Shown in pieces: positions 39,701-47,674 of a stretch of DNA of 64,000 nucleotides; position 1 is the first letter of the stretch; the number at the start of each line of letters is the position of its first letter. The notes below the pieces were generated by a model. The model saw only the letters and a program-made list of their open reading frames with translations. It was not told the origin of the DNA and searched no databases. Position numbers and translations under genes: made by a program. This stretch comes from a virus: positions 5,804 to 69,803 of the IMG/VR virus record IMGVR_UViG_3300009509_001033; one strand, given 5' to 3'.

Positions 39701-41164
39701 GGAACTACTACTTACATTAAATGCTCCTGTTCCTAATTGACCAGATGTTCCTCTTCCCCAACACCATGCAGTACCGTCACTTGCTCTTAATGCACATGTA
39801 TGGTCTTGACCACAAGAGAAGTCTTTCCAGTACACCCCACCAGCAACACTTACAGCAGCACTTTTGTTTGCTATAGTATTATCTCCAAGTTGACCATAGG
39901 TGTTCCTACCCCAACAGAATAATTGACCACCATTATTGTCTATAGCAGCAGCACATGCATGAGTATTACCAGCACTAATCTTATTTGCTGCAAGTTGCTG
40001 TCCACCAACTTCTTTAATGACTTCTACTGGACTATTTATGGAAGTGGTTGTACCGTCACCTAACTGACCAAAACTATTTTGTCCTGTTGCCCAAACAAAT
40101 GCTGCTGGTTGTAATGCTCCCCTAGGTCTTGGCCAACTAGGTAATACTGGATTTTCTGGTAAAGGTTCCCATTCAATACCATATGATGATGATTCTCCAC
40201 ATGCAATTTCTCCTATTTGCATTCCATACCAAACTGATACCGGAGAACTTTTATCAACATATGTTCCATCACCCAAAGCACCACCACGAACATTTGAATT
40301 TCTTCCCATACCATAGACTTGTCTATCTTCACCAATAAGCAAAGAAAACTCATCACCACCACATATAAGCCCATGTTTATTACAATCATTGCACATATAG
40401 GTTGTACCAGGATACATGGCTTTTATTCCTCCTGGTAATGCAAGAATCTGTACAGGACTATCATAAGCTGTGAGATTACCAGTTCCTAGTTGTCCGTAAC
40501 TATTATTTCCCCATGCATAGACATCTCCATTAACAGTAATAGCTAGACCGTGATTTGAACCTAATCCCATGTTTACCCAAAAAAGATTACTTAAAACTGA
40601 GGAAGGAGGGGTTCTATTTACTATACCAAACCCAAATCCACTACCATGACTACCTAAAATACCACTACCCCATGTAAATATCATTCCAGTTGCTCTTTCT
40701 AAAATCTGTCCTGTTCCCGATGCATTTCCATCAAATAACCATGGGTAATAGTTACCATCACCTAATTGACCATAAGTATTATTTCCCCATGTATATGGAG
40801 CACCACTGACATCAAGAGCAAGTGTGTGTGCTCTTCCGGTTGCAAAAACTCTTGAAAAGTCTAACTCACCTGTATCAATCAATGTTGGTATTTCTGTTGG
40901 CTCTGTGCTTCCTGTTCCTAACTGACCACCAGCAGCACTACATCCCCAACTCCAAAGATTTCCACTTTGTCTTCTAGCAATAACAAAACCATTACCATAT
41001 CGTGCTGCCATAATTCTGTAGTATTTGAATTGTACTTTAGGATCTTCATAGTCTTCACCAATATTGAAAAGTGTTTGCTTTACTTTTGCAATTTTGGTTC
41101 TATCTAGAGTTCTACTTCTTATATCAATAGATTCTAATGGGTTTGTGGGATTCACTCTTGCCAT
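36701..41164 (-). CDS. RCC1 repeat protein with inserted beta-rich and LamG domains
   Basis: RCC1 repeats; LamG motif WYTLHVTY..FLNG..FHGRIDEI. Confidence 0.8.
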   Translation of the reverse strand: MARVNPTNPLESIDIRSRTLDRTKIAKVKQTLFNIGEDYEDPKVQFKYYRIMAARYGNGFVIARRQSGNLWSWGCSAAGGQLGTGSTEPTEIPTLIDTGELDFSRVFATGRAHTLALDVSGAPYTWGNNTYGQLGDGNYYPWLFDGNASGTGQILERATGMIFTWGSGILGSHGSGFGFGIVNRTPPSSVLSNLFWVNMGLGSNHGLAITVNGDVYAWGNNSYGQLGTGNLTAYDSPVQILALPGGIKAMYPGTTYMCNDCNKHGLICGGDEFSLLIGEDRQVYGMGRNSNVRGGALGDGTYVDKSSPVSVWYGMQIGEIACGESSSYGIEWEPLPENPVLPSWPRPRGALQPAAFVWATGQNSFGQLGDGTTTSINSPVEVIKEVGGQQLAANKISAGNTHACAAAIDNNGGQLFCWGRNTYGQLGDNTIANKSAAVSVAGGVYWKDFSCGQDHTCALRASDGTAWCWGRGTSGQLGTGAFNVSSSSPVSVLGGMSFVSIGASDNATCGLLEDGSVYCWGSGYLSGLNTSVNSPVQLPSVSPPSARPTNFYLGPGVDRDYVKIVKGNTDGGLLGIYGNAAAAGWGHSLMIDQTDSKAWAWGLNNYGQLGVGDTTDRYSPEEIALGAGRRFRKIDAGDEHTITLDQRGKVWTWGSNAYGQLGDGTNDDSAYPTLPQEVAQPDVSYTWRDGIVSDSLDPAGIVFNRTGVYPCQWQTGGFEFSEGDPNNPVPWIEPLVLSVEFFEFNLSSGETNEYQSPSKGQILDNCVPFMSGIQHVTATGSTNFNRDFCRILLEGGSVRCSRGTTTGSQLKIGVFLVEFNSNRVRVQKGRIDAGGQSATITIDPVSMSKAFIYHSWRCEGTNNVWRDAMVRAKITSPTSILIDRYDGSGDMDVGWWVVESLDDYGFIVQTREWQHVDGSGVYSSSAITKGNADKMLNLISWKINSNDNSPNNTLQAWFEPAFYNFQSSAGNTVTGRVADMVGQAITFLDGTKSVNKWYDQDTKKLDWTTNLTDWDQNVYPGGSAGYESFFGVNGDFSAIIAPNPQGLSVNRLGFLDSLQVYMEWGTGDPPGYGGYNMNPYCWVQGSRGNNAYDGFHHGLTIYDVIEFDNLDEQSTGWRYRPNTPKAKTRTFGSLDGATGFDFNTGAPLADVWVQAHYGNWGTGNFDFSYKVVFRTPIAGAGVGSGQVLFWYGSQTNWREQIRAYYVKSTRELYAGHEGENQLVATLDPETWYTLHVTYNSTTQIEKYFLNGTFVTQRVLAAPLTIVPVTTFSIMNHGWIGDAQFHGRIDEIHLWKEDISDGQLLIGGGSPRTLETRFIEVAAGAQSSYGIDINGKLWTWGDNTYGQLGDGTTVDKSIPVSVSGRHSFIQVTAGGRISEGHACGLKADGSVWCWGRNNYGQLGVCDYSDRSTPTSVIGRHSFIDVWAAKDGYNTIAIKLDGSVWVWGKTPFCAGTNYCSPVSIPDFNLITLNILGRGYLEDHSLYLEY

Positions 41165-41167
41165 ATA

Positions 41168-42601
41168 TTATCTTCCTTGTATGCTATGTATTCTTCTTCT
41201 TTGTATTCTTCTGTATCTATGTACTATTGCTTCACTGAAGTAAGGATAGTCATAAGGCCAAAATTCATTTTCAGTCCATACAGCTTTGTTAATTAACAGT
41301 CTTAGCTCATCCATATATCCATGGTATAGGTCTGTATCACTGGTTCCTCTACCAATCCACATAGGTCCGGTTAGGTTAGGAATATTGAAGTTTTCTGCTG
41401 TTTGCACCTGTTTAATTCCTTTAATATACATTCTCCAAACTTGTCCTGTATTTCCAGCACCAGTTACTTCTAATGATCTTGTTAGTGCAGCATGTGACCA
41501 TTCATTTAATGGAACTGTACCGGATGTTTGTAATGAAAATGTAGCAAGACCATCTTGTATATAGAAATTCAATTTCCCTGCTGAGTCAATATACCAGTAC
41601 CATCTGGTATTTTGAAGCATGAGACCTGCATAATTAAAATGACTTAATGGATATAACCAAGCATCTAAAGTAAAATCTTTGTCATTTATATACCAGTTAG
41701 AATGATCTGGCAGTTGTAGTGAATATGGTGTAAAACCATCTTGTGAGCCAGGAAAATATCCACACTGAGTGCCAAATCTAAAAATTCTTAATCCTGTATC
41801 TACTCCACCTCTGGTTACTTGAACAGGGTTCCATATAGGTAATCCTGCTTGTGCTTCATCTTCTATATCAGTTCCGAAATTAATTAATAGGTGTGTATTA
41901 GCATCTGTTTCGTATACACTATAAATATCAAAGTCAGGAGAAAAAGTGTTTACAAATCTTGTTGTTGTACTTATACGGAACTTTCTCATTGTTCCACTAT
42001 AGTAATTTGCTGTATTACCGTCTTGACCTATAAATATATCACTATCTATTAATTCATTGCCGAACTCATAAACATCAGAATCTTCTAATATACCATCAAG
42101 AAACAGTCTGAATGTATCACCTTCTTTTGTTAATGCTATATGATGCTCGTCAGTATCGGTAATTTCAGTTCCAGTTAATGATACCAAGTCTACTCCACCA
42201 AATCTGAAGAGAAATTCTATACCAGTTCCGTTTATATGCTGCAAATGGCATCTGTTATTAGAATCATCATATTTGCCATAATATGTCTGAGATCCACCAA
42301 GGCTAGAATGTTTTATGATGAAATCAATTTCCCAATCAGGATTAACAGGTGATAGTGTATTTGCTTTGGCAACCTGAAGATATGCACTGCCATTGAACAC
42401 ACCTTTCCCATAACCACTGACAGAATCAGCCCATGTTGCTCCACTTACTGTAATGGTTTTGTTTTGTCCTGAAGAATCTGTAAATGGCCATTCATCAAAC
42501 TGGAGTAGTAAACCATCTAGTACTTGTAGTCTAGGGAAACGTAATGTGAAAGGACAACTTCCAACACCTGTTAATGCTTGGTTGAAATTGAAATCAGGCA
42601 T
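41168..42601 (-). CDS. tandem LamG/ConA-domain virion protein
   Basis: Two HIALT..LFLDG / WSHAALTR..GYMDELR units. Confidence 0.8.
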   Translation of the reverse strand: MPDFNFNQALTGVGSCPFTLRFPRLQVLDGLLLQFDEWPFTDSSGQNKTITVSGATWADSVSGYGKGVFNGSAYLQVAKANTLSPVNPDWEIDFIIKHSSLGGSQTYYGKYDDSNNRCHLQHINGTGIEFLFRFGGVDLVSLTGTEITDTDEHHIALTKEGDTFRLFLDGILEDSDVYEFGNELIDSDIFIGQDGNTANYYSGTMRKFRISTTTRFVNTFSPDFDIYSVYETDANTHLLINFGTDIEDEAQAGLPIWNPVQVTRGGVDTGLRIFRFGTQCGYFPGSQDGFTPYSLQLPDHSNWYINDKDFTLDAWLYPLSHFNYAGLMLQNTRWYWYIDSAGKLNFYIQDGLATFSLQTSGTVPLNEWSHAALTRSLEVTGAGNTGQVWRMYIKGIKQVQTAENFNIPNLTGPMWIGRGTSDTDLYHGYMDELRLLINKAVWTENEFWPYDYPYFSEAIVHRYRRIQRRRIHSIQGR

Positions 42602-42610
42602 GTTCTCTCC

Positions 42611-43930
42611 TTATATTGAACTATACTGCTCTGGTGTTTGCACACCGTATGCTATCAATGCTTTATCAGAGTTCCTTTCTGCAATAATGTGCATCTCTCT
42701 ATCATCTGGTAAACCTACAAATTCATAATCACCAGCAGAAACACCTTCCTGTAATCTCCATACTTTCCATGTATCTGGGTCAATAACTCTAATTGCACAA
42801 TCATGAGTACATGTACCACAAAACTTATAGGCTTTCACAGGAACATCATAAACAGTAAAATAGTTAGGACTATTTAAAATGCCAAATACTCCTTGTGGTG
42901 TTTCATGAAATTCAAAATTTGAAAGCCAGTCATTTGGTGTTTCTGTTGGTGATGTGTCTGAATCTAACCATACAGGTGAAGAAGGTGATGATAAATCGAA
43001 TACTGCTGGTCCATCGTGAGTTATATTATTTGAACCACCTGCAACATATACATAATTTCCTACAAAATGACTCCATCCACCACCATATAGGCTTTCATAT
43101 TTGCCCAGATAATCCCAATTTGCAGGGTCATTTTCTCCATCAACATCCCATATGTACCATCCTGCATAACAATCTACTTCACCAGTACAACCACTGTAAT
43201 GCCAATAAGGATAAAATAGATAGTATTTTCCACCTATCTTTTTAATTGTAGGGTTGTACCAATTAGTCCAACTAGGAACTGTAAACCAATCACTAAGTTG
43301 TTTAGTTGTGGAAAGTGTAGGTGAAGCTTTTGTTGAAACATCCACTTCACATATTCTACTTGCTGCTATAACATATACAGAGTTTGGAAACTCTGGATGA
43401 AGAAATGGGCTTTGTGGACCTCCAAAGGAAAATTGACCTTCTGGAGTTTTTCCAGTATATCCTACAAGATTGCTTGGATCTCTAACATCATATACATAGA
43501 GATGTGACCAAACATGTGCTCCAGAATCTCTAGTTATATAACAATAATCACCATCACTAATACCTTGAAAAGTAGCACCAGGACTTGAACTACCTTCTAA
43601 AGCTTGATAATCTAGCTGAGTAACACTTGAGGGAGCACTTGATAAATCGAAAGCTGCAAGCCTACCAATAGTATCATAACCTGAGACTTGAAATAGAATA
43701 TTTCCAAAAATTCCACAAAACTTCAGATAGTCTTGATTGTTATTCATAGTCCATGTAGTTGCACCACCATCCCATGCCTGTGTTTGTGTTGGATTGTCTG
43801 GATCTGTAATATCCCATATATATACATATCTATTCCCACGGTAAAGTTCTACCAGATAGTTAGTATCTGGGATTCTATGTACCCACCTTTTGCTTGCTTG
43901 GCTTACTTGCCCTCTCTGTGTTAAAGCCAT
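42611..43930 (-). CDS. LVIVD-repeat beta-propeller protein
   Basis: IWDITDPDNP, VYDVRDPSN, VDVSTKASP, GNYVYVA..VFDLSSPSSP. Confidence 0.7.
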   Translation of the reverse strand: MALTQRGQVSQASKRWVHRIPDTNYLVELYRGNRYVYIWDITDPDNPTQTQAWDGGATTWTMNNNQDYLKFCGIFGNILFQVSGYDTIGRLAAFDLSSAPSSVTQLDYQALEGSSSPGATFQGISDGDYCYITRDSGAHVWSHLYVYDVRDPSNLVGYTGKTPEGQFSFGGPQSPFLHPEFPNSVYVIAASRICEVDVSTKASPTLSTTKQLSDWFTVPSWTNWYNPTIKKIGGKYYLFYPYWHYSGCTGEVDCYAGWYIWDVDGENDPANWDYLGKYESLYGGGWSHFVGNYVYVAGGSNNITHDGPAVFDLSSPSSPVWLDSDTSPTETPNDWLSNFEFHETPQGVFGILNSPNYFTVYDVPVKAYKFCGTCTHDCAIRVIDPDTWKVWRLQEGVSAGDYEFVGLPDDREMHIIAERNSDKALIAYGVQTPEQYSSI

Positions 43931-43941
43931 TTTTTATCTCC

Positions 43942-45750
43942 TTATAGTACCTCTGTAGTGGTCTTATCTCTATCAAAGAATATAATGTTTGTATCGAATG
44001 CCCATCCGATAACTTGTACAATGTCACCACTTACTGCTGGTTGTGTTTCTGTTAATTCACCTGCATCAGTATCAACATAGATGTCTGCTCCAGGAGTCCA
44101 TGACCATGAATCATCTCTAATATAACCAAACATTAGAACATTCTTTAATCCCACTCCTGTTTCTAATGCTAGACAATGACACGGCATGGTGCTTATATCG
44201 GATGCATCTGCTTCATAGAATGCATCTGTTGCTCTATAGAGAGCAGCACCAAAGCCAGTATCATTAGCACTGACAGTTACAGTTGTTGTGATACCACTGG
44301 CAGTTAAATCAGTAGTAGGTGGTATGATCTGTAAACCACCAGCAGGTGGAATATACTGGTCAAAAACTTCTAAAGCATCCTGAACATCCTGAACACCTGC
44401 TGCTGAAAGGTTTCCTGTCATGGTTGTTTTATCTATTGATATAGATGCTGCTGGATGTTGTGCAGACTCATCTCTACCTGCTAAACTACCATGAACTAAA
44501 ACAGAAGGTTGACCTGTTGGTAAACTTGTTACTGCTCTATAGTCTTCGATGTCTCTAATTACAGCTTTTGGCTGATTTCCATATATGGTATGTACTTGCC
44601 AGATAATTCTGTAAAGCATCTTAAATTCAGTAAATGGAAAAGTACCGAATGAAAGTGAATTAAGCTGATTCCCATTTTCTGCTGCTTCAAGTGATCCATC
44701 TTCTCTTTGACCACATATAACTGCTACAGGCTCATCTTTATCATTTGTTCCCATTACCCATGTAGCAATGTACCATCCACTTGTAGCTTCAGTTAGACTA
44801 AAATTATTATTTGGATCGTTCCATGCAGGTAATGTATATCCGAACCCTGATGTTGCTTCCGAACCTGACCAGAGCAATGGAAATTCATCTGCATTTGATC
44901 TTCTCCAGTTGCCTAATGCACCACTTCTATAGTAAACAGGACAGTGGGCAACAGGATCTAATACTTGTTCCCAAAGATCAGATGGTGCTATTGCATTTTT
45001 GATGTCAATGGTAATATCTTCATCCATCAATTTACCATCTGATATTGCAATTTCTGCTTGAGAATCACTACTTCCATCAAAACCCGATGGAGTACCTGTT
45101 GCTGCTATTGTCAGTGATAGACCAGATCTGTATCTAGTGTTAACAGTTGTGTGAAGATATTCATGTGTTGAGCAGTCCATTGTTACACCATGTCTTTCTT
45201 CACCAAACAATATAGCTCTTTGATTAACAGTATCCCAATGAATGATTGCAGCAAAAGCATGTTCACAGAATTGCCATGGAACTTGACTTGTGGTAAGATT
45301 AGCACTAGGTGTTTGTGAGCCAGTTCCTATCTTTTCGAAATATATAAAATGCAATCCTTCACTATTTGGAATTGCTACAGTTTTTGGTTCTGTTATAGTA
45401 AACTTTCTTCCTTTGAGATAAATGTCATAGTTACCACCTGGATAACCTGTAGGAGTAATAGTAAAGGTTCTAGTGGCTTCATCAAATTCGGTTATAGAAT
45501 GTATATATTGATCAACAAAACCTAAAGGCTCAAAAGTGTCAGTTCCAAGTCTTTCTGGACCTTCATCAACATACCTTTTAGGAACCATATGTCTGGGTTC
45601 AACAGGGGGATATGCACTTAAGCCAAGGTTTTCAGTCCATATAACCTCTCCTAATCCTGGTAGAAATTTTACTTCATTTTGACCAAGAGAACCAAATATT
45701 ATTTTCTCTTCATCATCTATTCTTAGATGTCTTTCTTTAAATCTAGCCAT
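43942..45750 (-). CDS. tail fibre / structural protein
   Basis: VPKRYVD, HGSLAGR..QHPA, C-terminal WSWTPGA.IY..AG.LT..P..VQVIG.A. Confidence 0.6.
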   Translation of the reverse strand: MARFKERHLRIDDEEKIIFGSLGQNEVKFLPGLGEVIWTENLGLSAYPPVEPRHMVPKRYVDEGPERLGTDTFEPLGFVDQYIHSITEFDEATRTFTITPTGYPGGNYDIYLKGRKFTITEPKTVAIPNSEGLHFIYFEKIGTGSQTPSANLTTSQVPWQFCEHAFAAIIHWDTVNQRAILFGEERHGVTMDCSTHEYLHTTVNTRYRSGLSLTIAATGTPSGFDGSSDSQAEIAISDGKLMDEDITIDIKNAIAPSDLWEQVLDPVAHCPVYYRSGALGNWRRSNADEFPLLWSGSEATSGFGYTLPAWNDPNNNFSLTEATSGWYIATWVMGTNDKDEPVAVICGQREDGSLEAAENGNQLNSLSFGTFPFTEFKMLYRIIWQVHTIYGNQPKAVIRDIEDYRAVTSLPTGQPSVLVHGSLAGRDESAQHPAASISIDKTTMTGNLSAAGVQDVQDALEVFDQYIPPAGGLQIIPPTTDLTASGITTTVTVSANDTGFGAALYRATDAFYEADASDISTMPCHCLALETGVGLKNVLMFGYIRDDSWSWTPGADIYVDTDAGELTETQPAVSGDIVQVIGWAFDTNIIFFDRDKTTTEVL

Positions 45751-45765
45751 TTTTATTACTCCCTT

Positions 45766-46263
45766 TTATAATATTAGATCTCTAGATGCTATCCAGAATA
45801 ATTGATAATTGCCTGAATCTAGTGCTCCAGAAAAATCAATTGTAAAGCCATTTATAGTTTTTCCAGAAATGGTTAAAGCATATTGTGATGGTGGTGAATC
45901 TACAGTATTTGAAAGAGATGCAACAACCTGGAAGTTCAAATCGTCAAATGGATAGTCAAAGGTAACACCTACCTGCACAATTCCATTTGCAAGTGTTACT
46001 CTGCCCCTTTGAGTGTCTGTAACTTGGCCTATAAGTAACCATCTCTTATTTCCACCACTATCTAGTTCTGTATCAGGTGCAATTATTTTTGGAACATCCT
46101 CTGCTGCCCCAGAGTTTTCATCTAGGTTGTAGACATATACGGCAGTTTCGGTTGCAACAAAACACTTATCCTGGTCATTTAATCTATCACCATGGATTTT
46201 GTCCATTGCACCTACACCACCACCATATAATGCTCTTGCTCCATATGCTCTTGTAGTAGACAT
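45766..46263 (-). CDS. structural protein with gp53-like/H-type-lectin-like C-terminus
   Basis: VTFDYPF..KTINGFT..WIA. Confidence 0.5.
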   Translation of the reverse strand: MSTTRAYGARALYGGGVGAMDKIHGDRLNDQDKCFVATETAVYVYNLDENSGAAEDVPKIIAPDTELDSGGNKRWLLIGQVTDTQRGRVTLANGIVQVGVTFDYPFDDLNFQVVASLSNTVDSPPSQYALTISGKTINGFTIDFSGALDSGNYQLFWIASRDLIL

Positions 46264-46273
46264 TTATCTCTCC

Positions 46274-46687
46274 TTACTCTTGTAGTCTTTGATAATCTAT
46301 GCCTTTATTAGTATATGTAGGTCCATCAAAAAGTATTTCTCGTTTTTGATAACAGATATCTTTTATATTGCTGTGCTTCCCCTGCTTCTTTATATAGTTA
46401 ATAAAAGCATGTCTAAAAATAGTTGTTATATATGCAAACGGATTAGGCTTGTTTTGCTTTTCAGGATCAAAGTTCTTGAGGTATGTGAGACATATTTGAA
46501 TAGCATCACTCACCATATCATCAATCCAGGTATAATTTGCAAAATTGCCCTTGGTTGCATATTTGTATCCAATGCTTAATAACATACTACCTAGTTCTTC
46601 CGATGCAATGCCAGTCTCTTTGAACCTAATCACTTCAGGTAGCAGGTCTTTGTTGGATATGTACTTTCGTCTAAAATTTTTTCTCAT
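46274..46687 (-). CDS. gp55: T4-type late transcription sigma factor (start refined)
   Basis: YISNKDL, NFANYTWIDDMVSDA, NFDPEK..NPFAYITTI..AF..IKK. Confidence 0.92.
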   Translation of the reverse strand: MRKNFRRKYISNKDLLPEVIRFKETGIASEELGSMLLSIGYKYATKGNFANYTWIDDMVSDAIQICLTYLKNFDPEKQNKPNPFAYITTIFRHAFINYIKKQGKHSNIKDICYQKREILFDGPTYTNKGIDYQRLQE

Positions 46688-46737
46688 TGTTAACACCCCC
46701 CACATATTATGGTAATAGTATATAAAGTCTTTAAATC

Positions 46738-46766
46738 ATTTTACCATAGCTTGGGGGTTTTGTTAA
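46738..46766 (-). promoter_or_regulatory. sigma70-type promoter for gp55
   Basis: TTAACA-17bp-TAAAAT with extended TG, intergenic. Confidence 0.6.
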
Positions 46767-47132
46767 TTAACTTTTCTGTTCTTTTAAGTAACTTTCTAAT
46801 TTTCTTTGACACTTTGCTAATACATCTACAAATTCATAAGCCTTTTTCTTTATATGTTTCTTTCTTCCTGGCTTAATTTTAAGAGTATCTACAGGTTCTC
46901 CTTCATCAATTGTAAAGTCAAACTTGTATTTCCCTTTATAATACCTTCTAAGGTCTTTATTTAATAGTTCATAAAGATCCAATATGTCGTTACCAAGCTC
47001 ATACTTCTCTACAACTTTTTCTACAAGCTCTTTATGACCTGTTTCTTTGTCTACAAGTTTACAAGTAAGTGCTCTGAACTTGGTTCTCTCTTCGTCTGAA
47101 TCTGATTGGGAAAGATATTTTAAAAGCTTCAT
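46767..47132 (-). CDS. hypothetical protein
   Basis: TAATG coupling. Confidence 0.6.
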   Translation of the reverse strand: MKLLKYLSQSDSDEERTKFRALTCKLVDKETGHKELVEKVVEKYELGNDILDLYELLNKDLRRYYKGKYKFDFTIDEGEPVDTLKIKPGRKKHIKKKAYEFVDVLAKCQRKLESYLKEQKS

Positions 47133-47662
47133 TATCCTATAACAGCTATCTCCAGTATTTGTGTATTATTAATCATCCATATTCGTGTGACTGATGTTGA
47201 AATAGTTTCAATCAATAGTGGATCTACTATTGTTCTAGATGAAGCATCATATGCTTGAACTAGTGGAAATTGATTATTTAAACCATGCCCCACATCTCCA
47301 TAGTATCCAGATGCCCCTGAAGTCCAGCTTGTAATTGTTGTGTGATAAAATCGTGGAGCATTAGGAAGAATATCAATGAAGTCAATCAATCCGGTAGCAA
47401 CACCAATTTTCTCCCATGAGAGTTTAAATTTCTGTGGTGTGGCATAACCTGCAACTTCATTAACATCTCCTATCCAGAACTCAAAGTAGCCTTCTGAATT
47501 AGTTGTTAGCTGTGGTGCTGTATCTGTATAAGTACCACCTGCTTCTTGTAGATATATATCTGCTGGAACAACAGTACCAGCAAGATATATTGTTACATCT
47601 GCATTTTGAAGTGGTTGCCCTTCTTCGTTTAGCAAATATGACCAGAAATGAATACGTGCCAT
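47132..47662 (-). CDS. virion structural protein
   Basis: GQPLQNADV.IY.AGT..TNSEGYFEFW; HGLN..P.VQAYD unit. Confidence 0.6.
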   Translation of the reverse strand: MARIHFWSYLLNEEGQPLQNADVTIYLAGTVVPADIYLQEAGGTYTDTAPQLTTNSEGYFEFWIGDVNEVAGYATPQKFKLSWEKIGVATGLIDFIDILPNAPRFYHTTITSWTSGASGYYGDVGHGLNNQFPLVQAYDASSRTIVDPLLIETISTSVTRIWMINNTQILEIAVIG

Positions 47663-47674
47663 GATATCTCTCCC

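Noticed and set aside
28579-41164. Diversity-generating retroelement acting on the lectin-like domains
   Set aside because: No reverse transcriptase in the window and no repeat pair differing only at adenines; shared patches are short and identical.
28579-41164. Frequent N-x-S/T sequons as glycosylation sites
   Set aside because: Part of the ordinary RCC1 repeat consensus (N[RK]SSP); no oligosaccharyltransferase seen.
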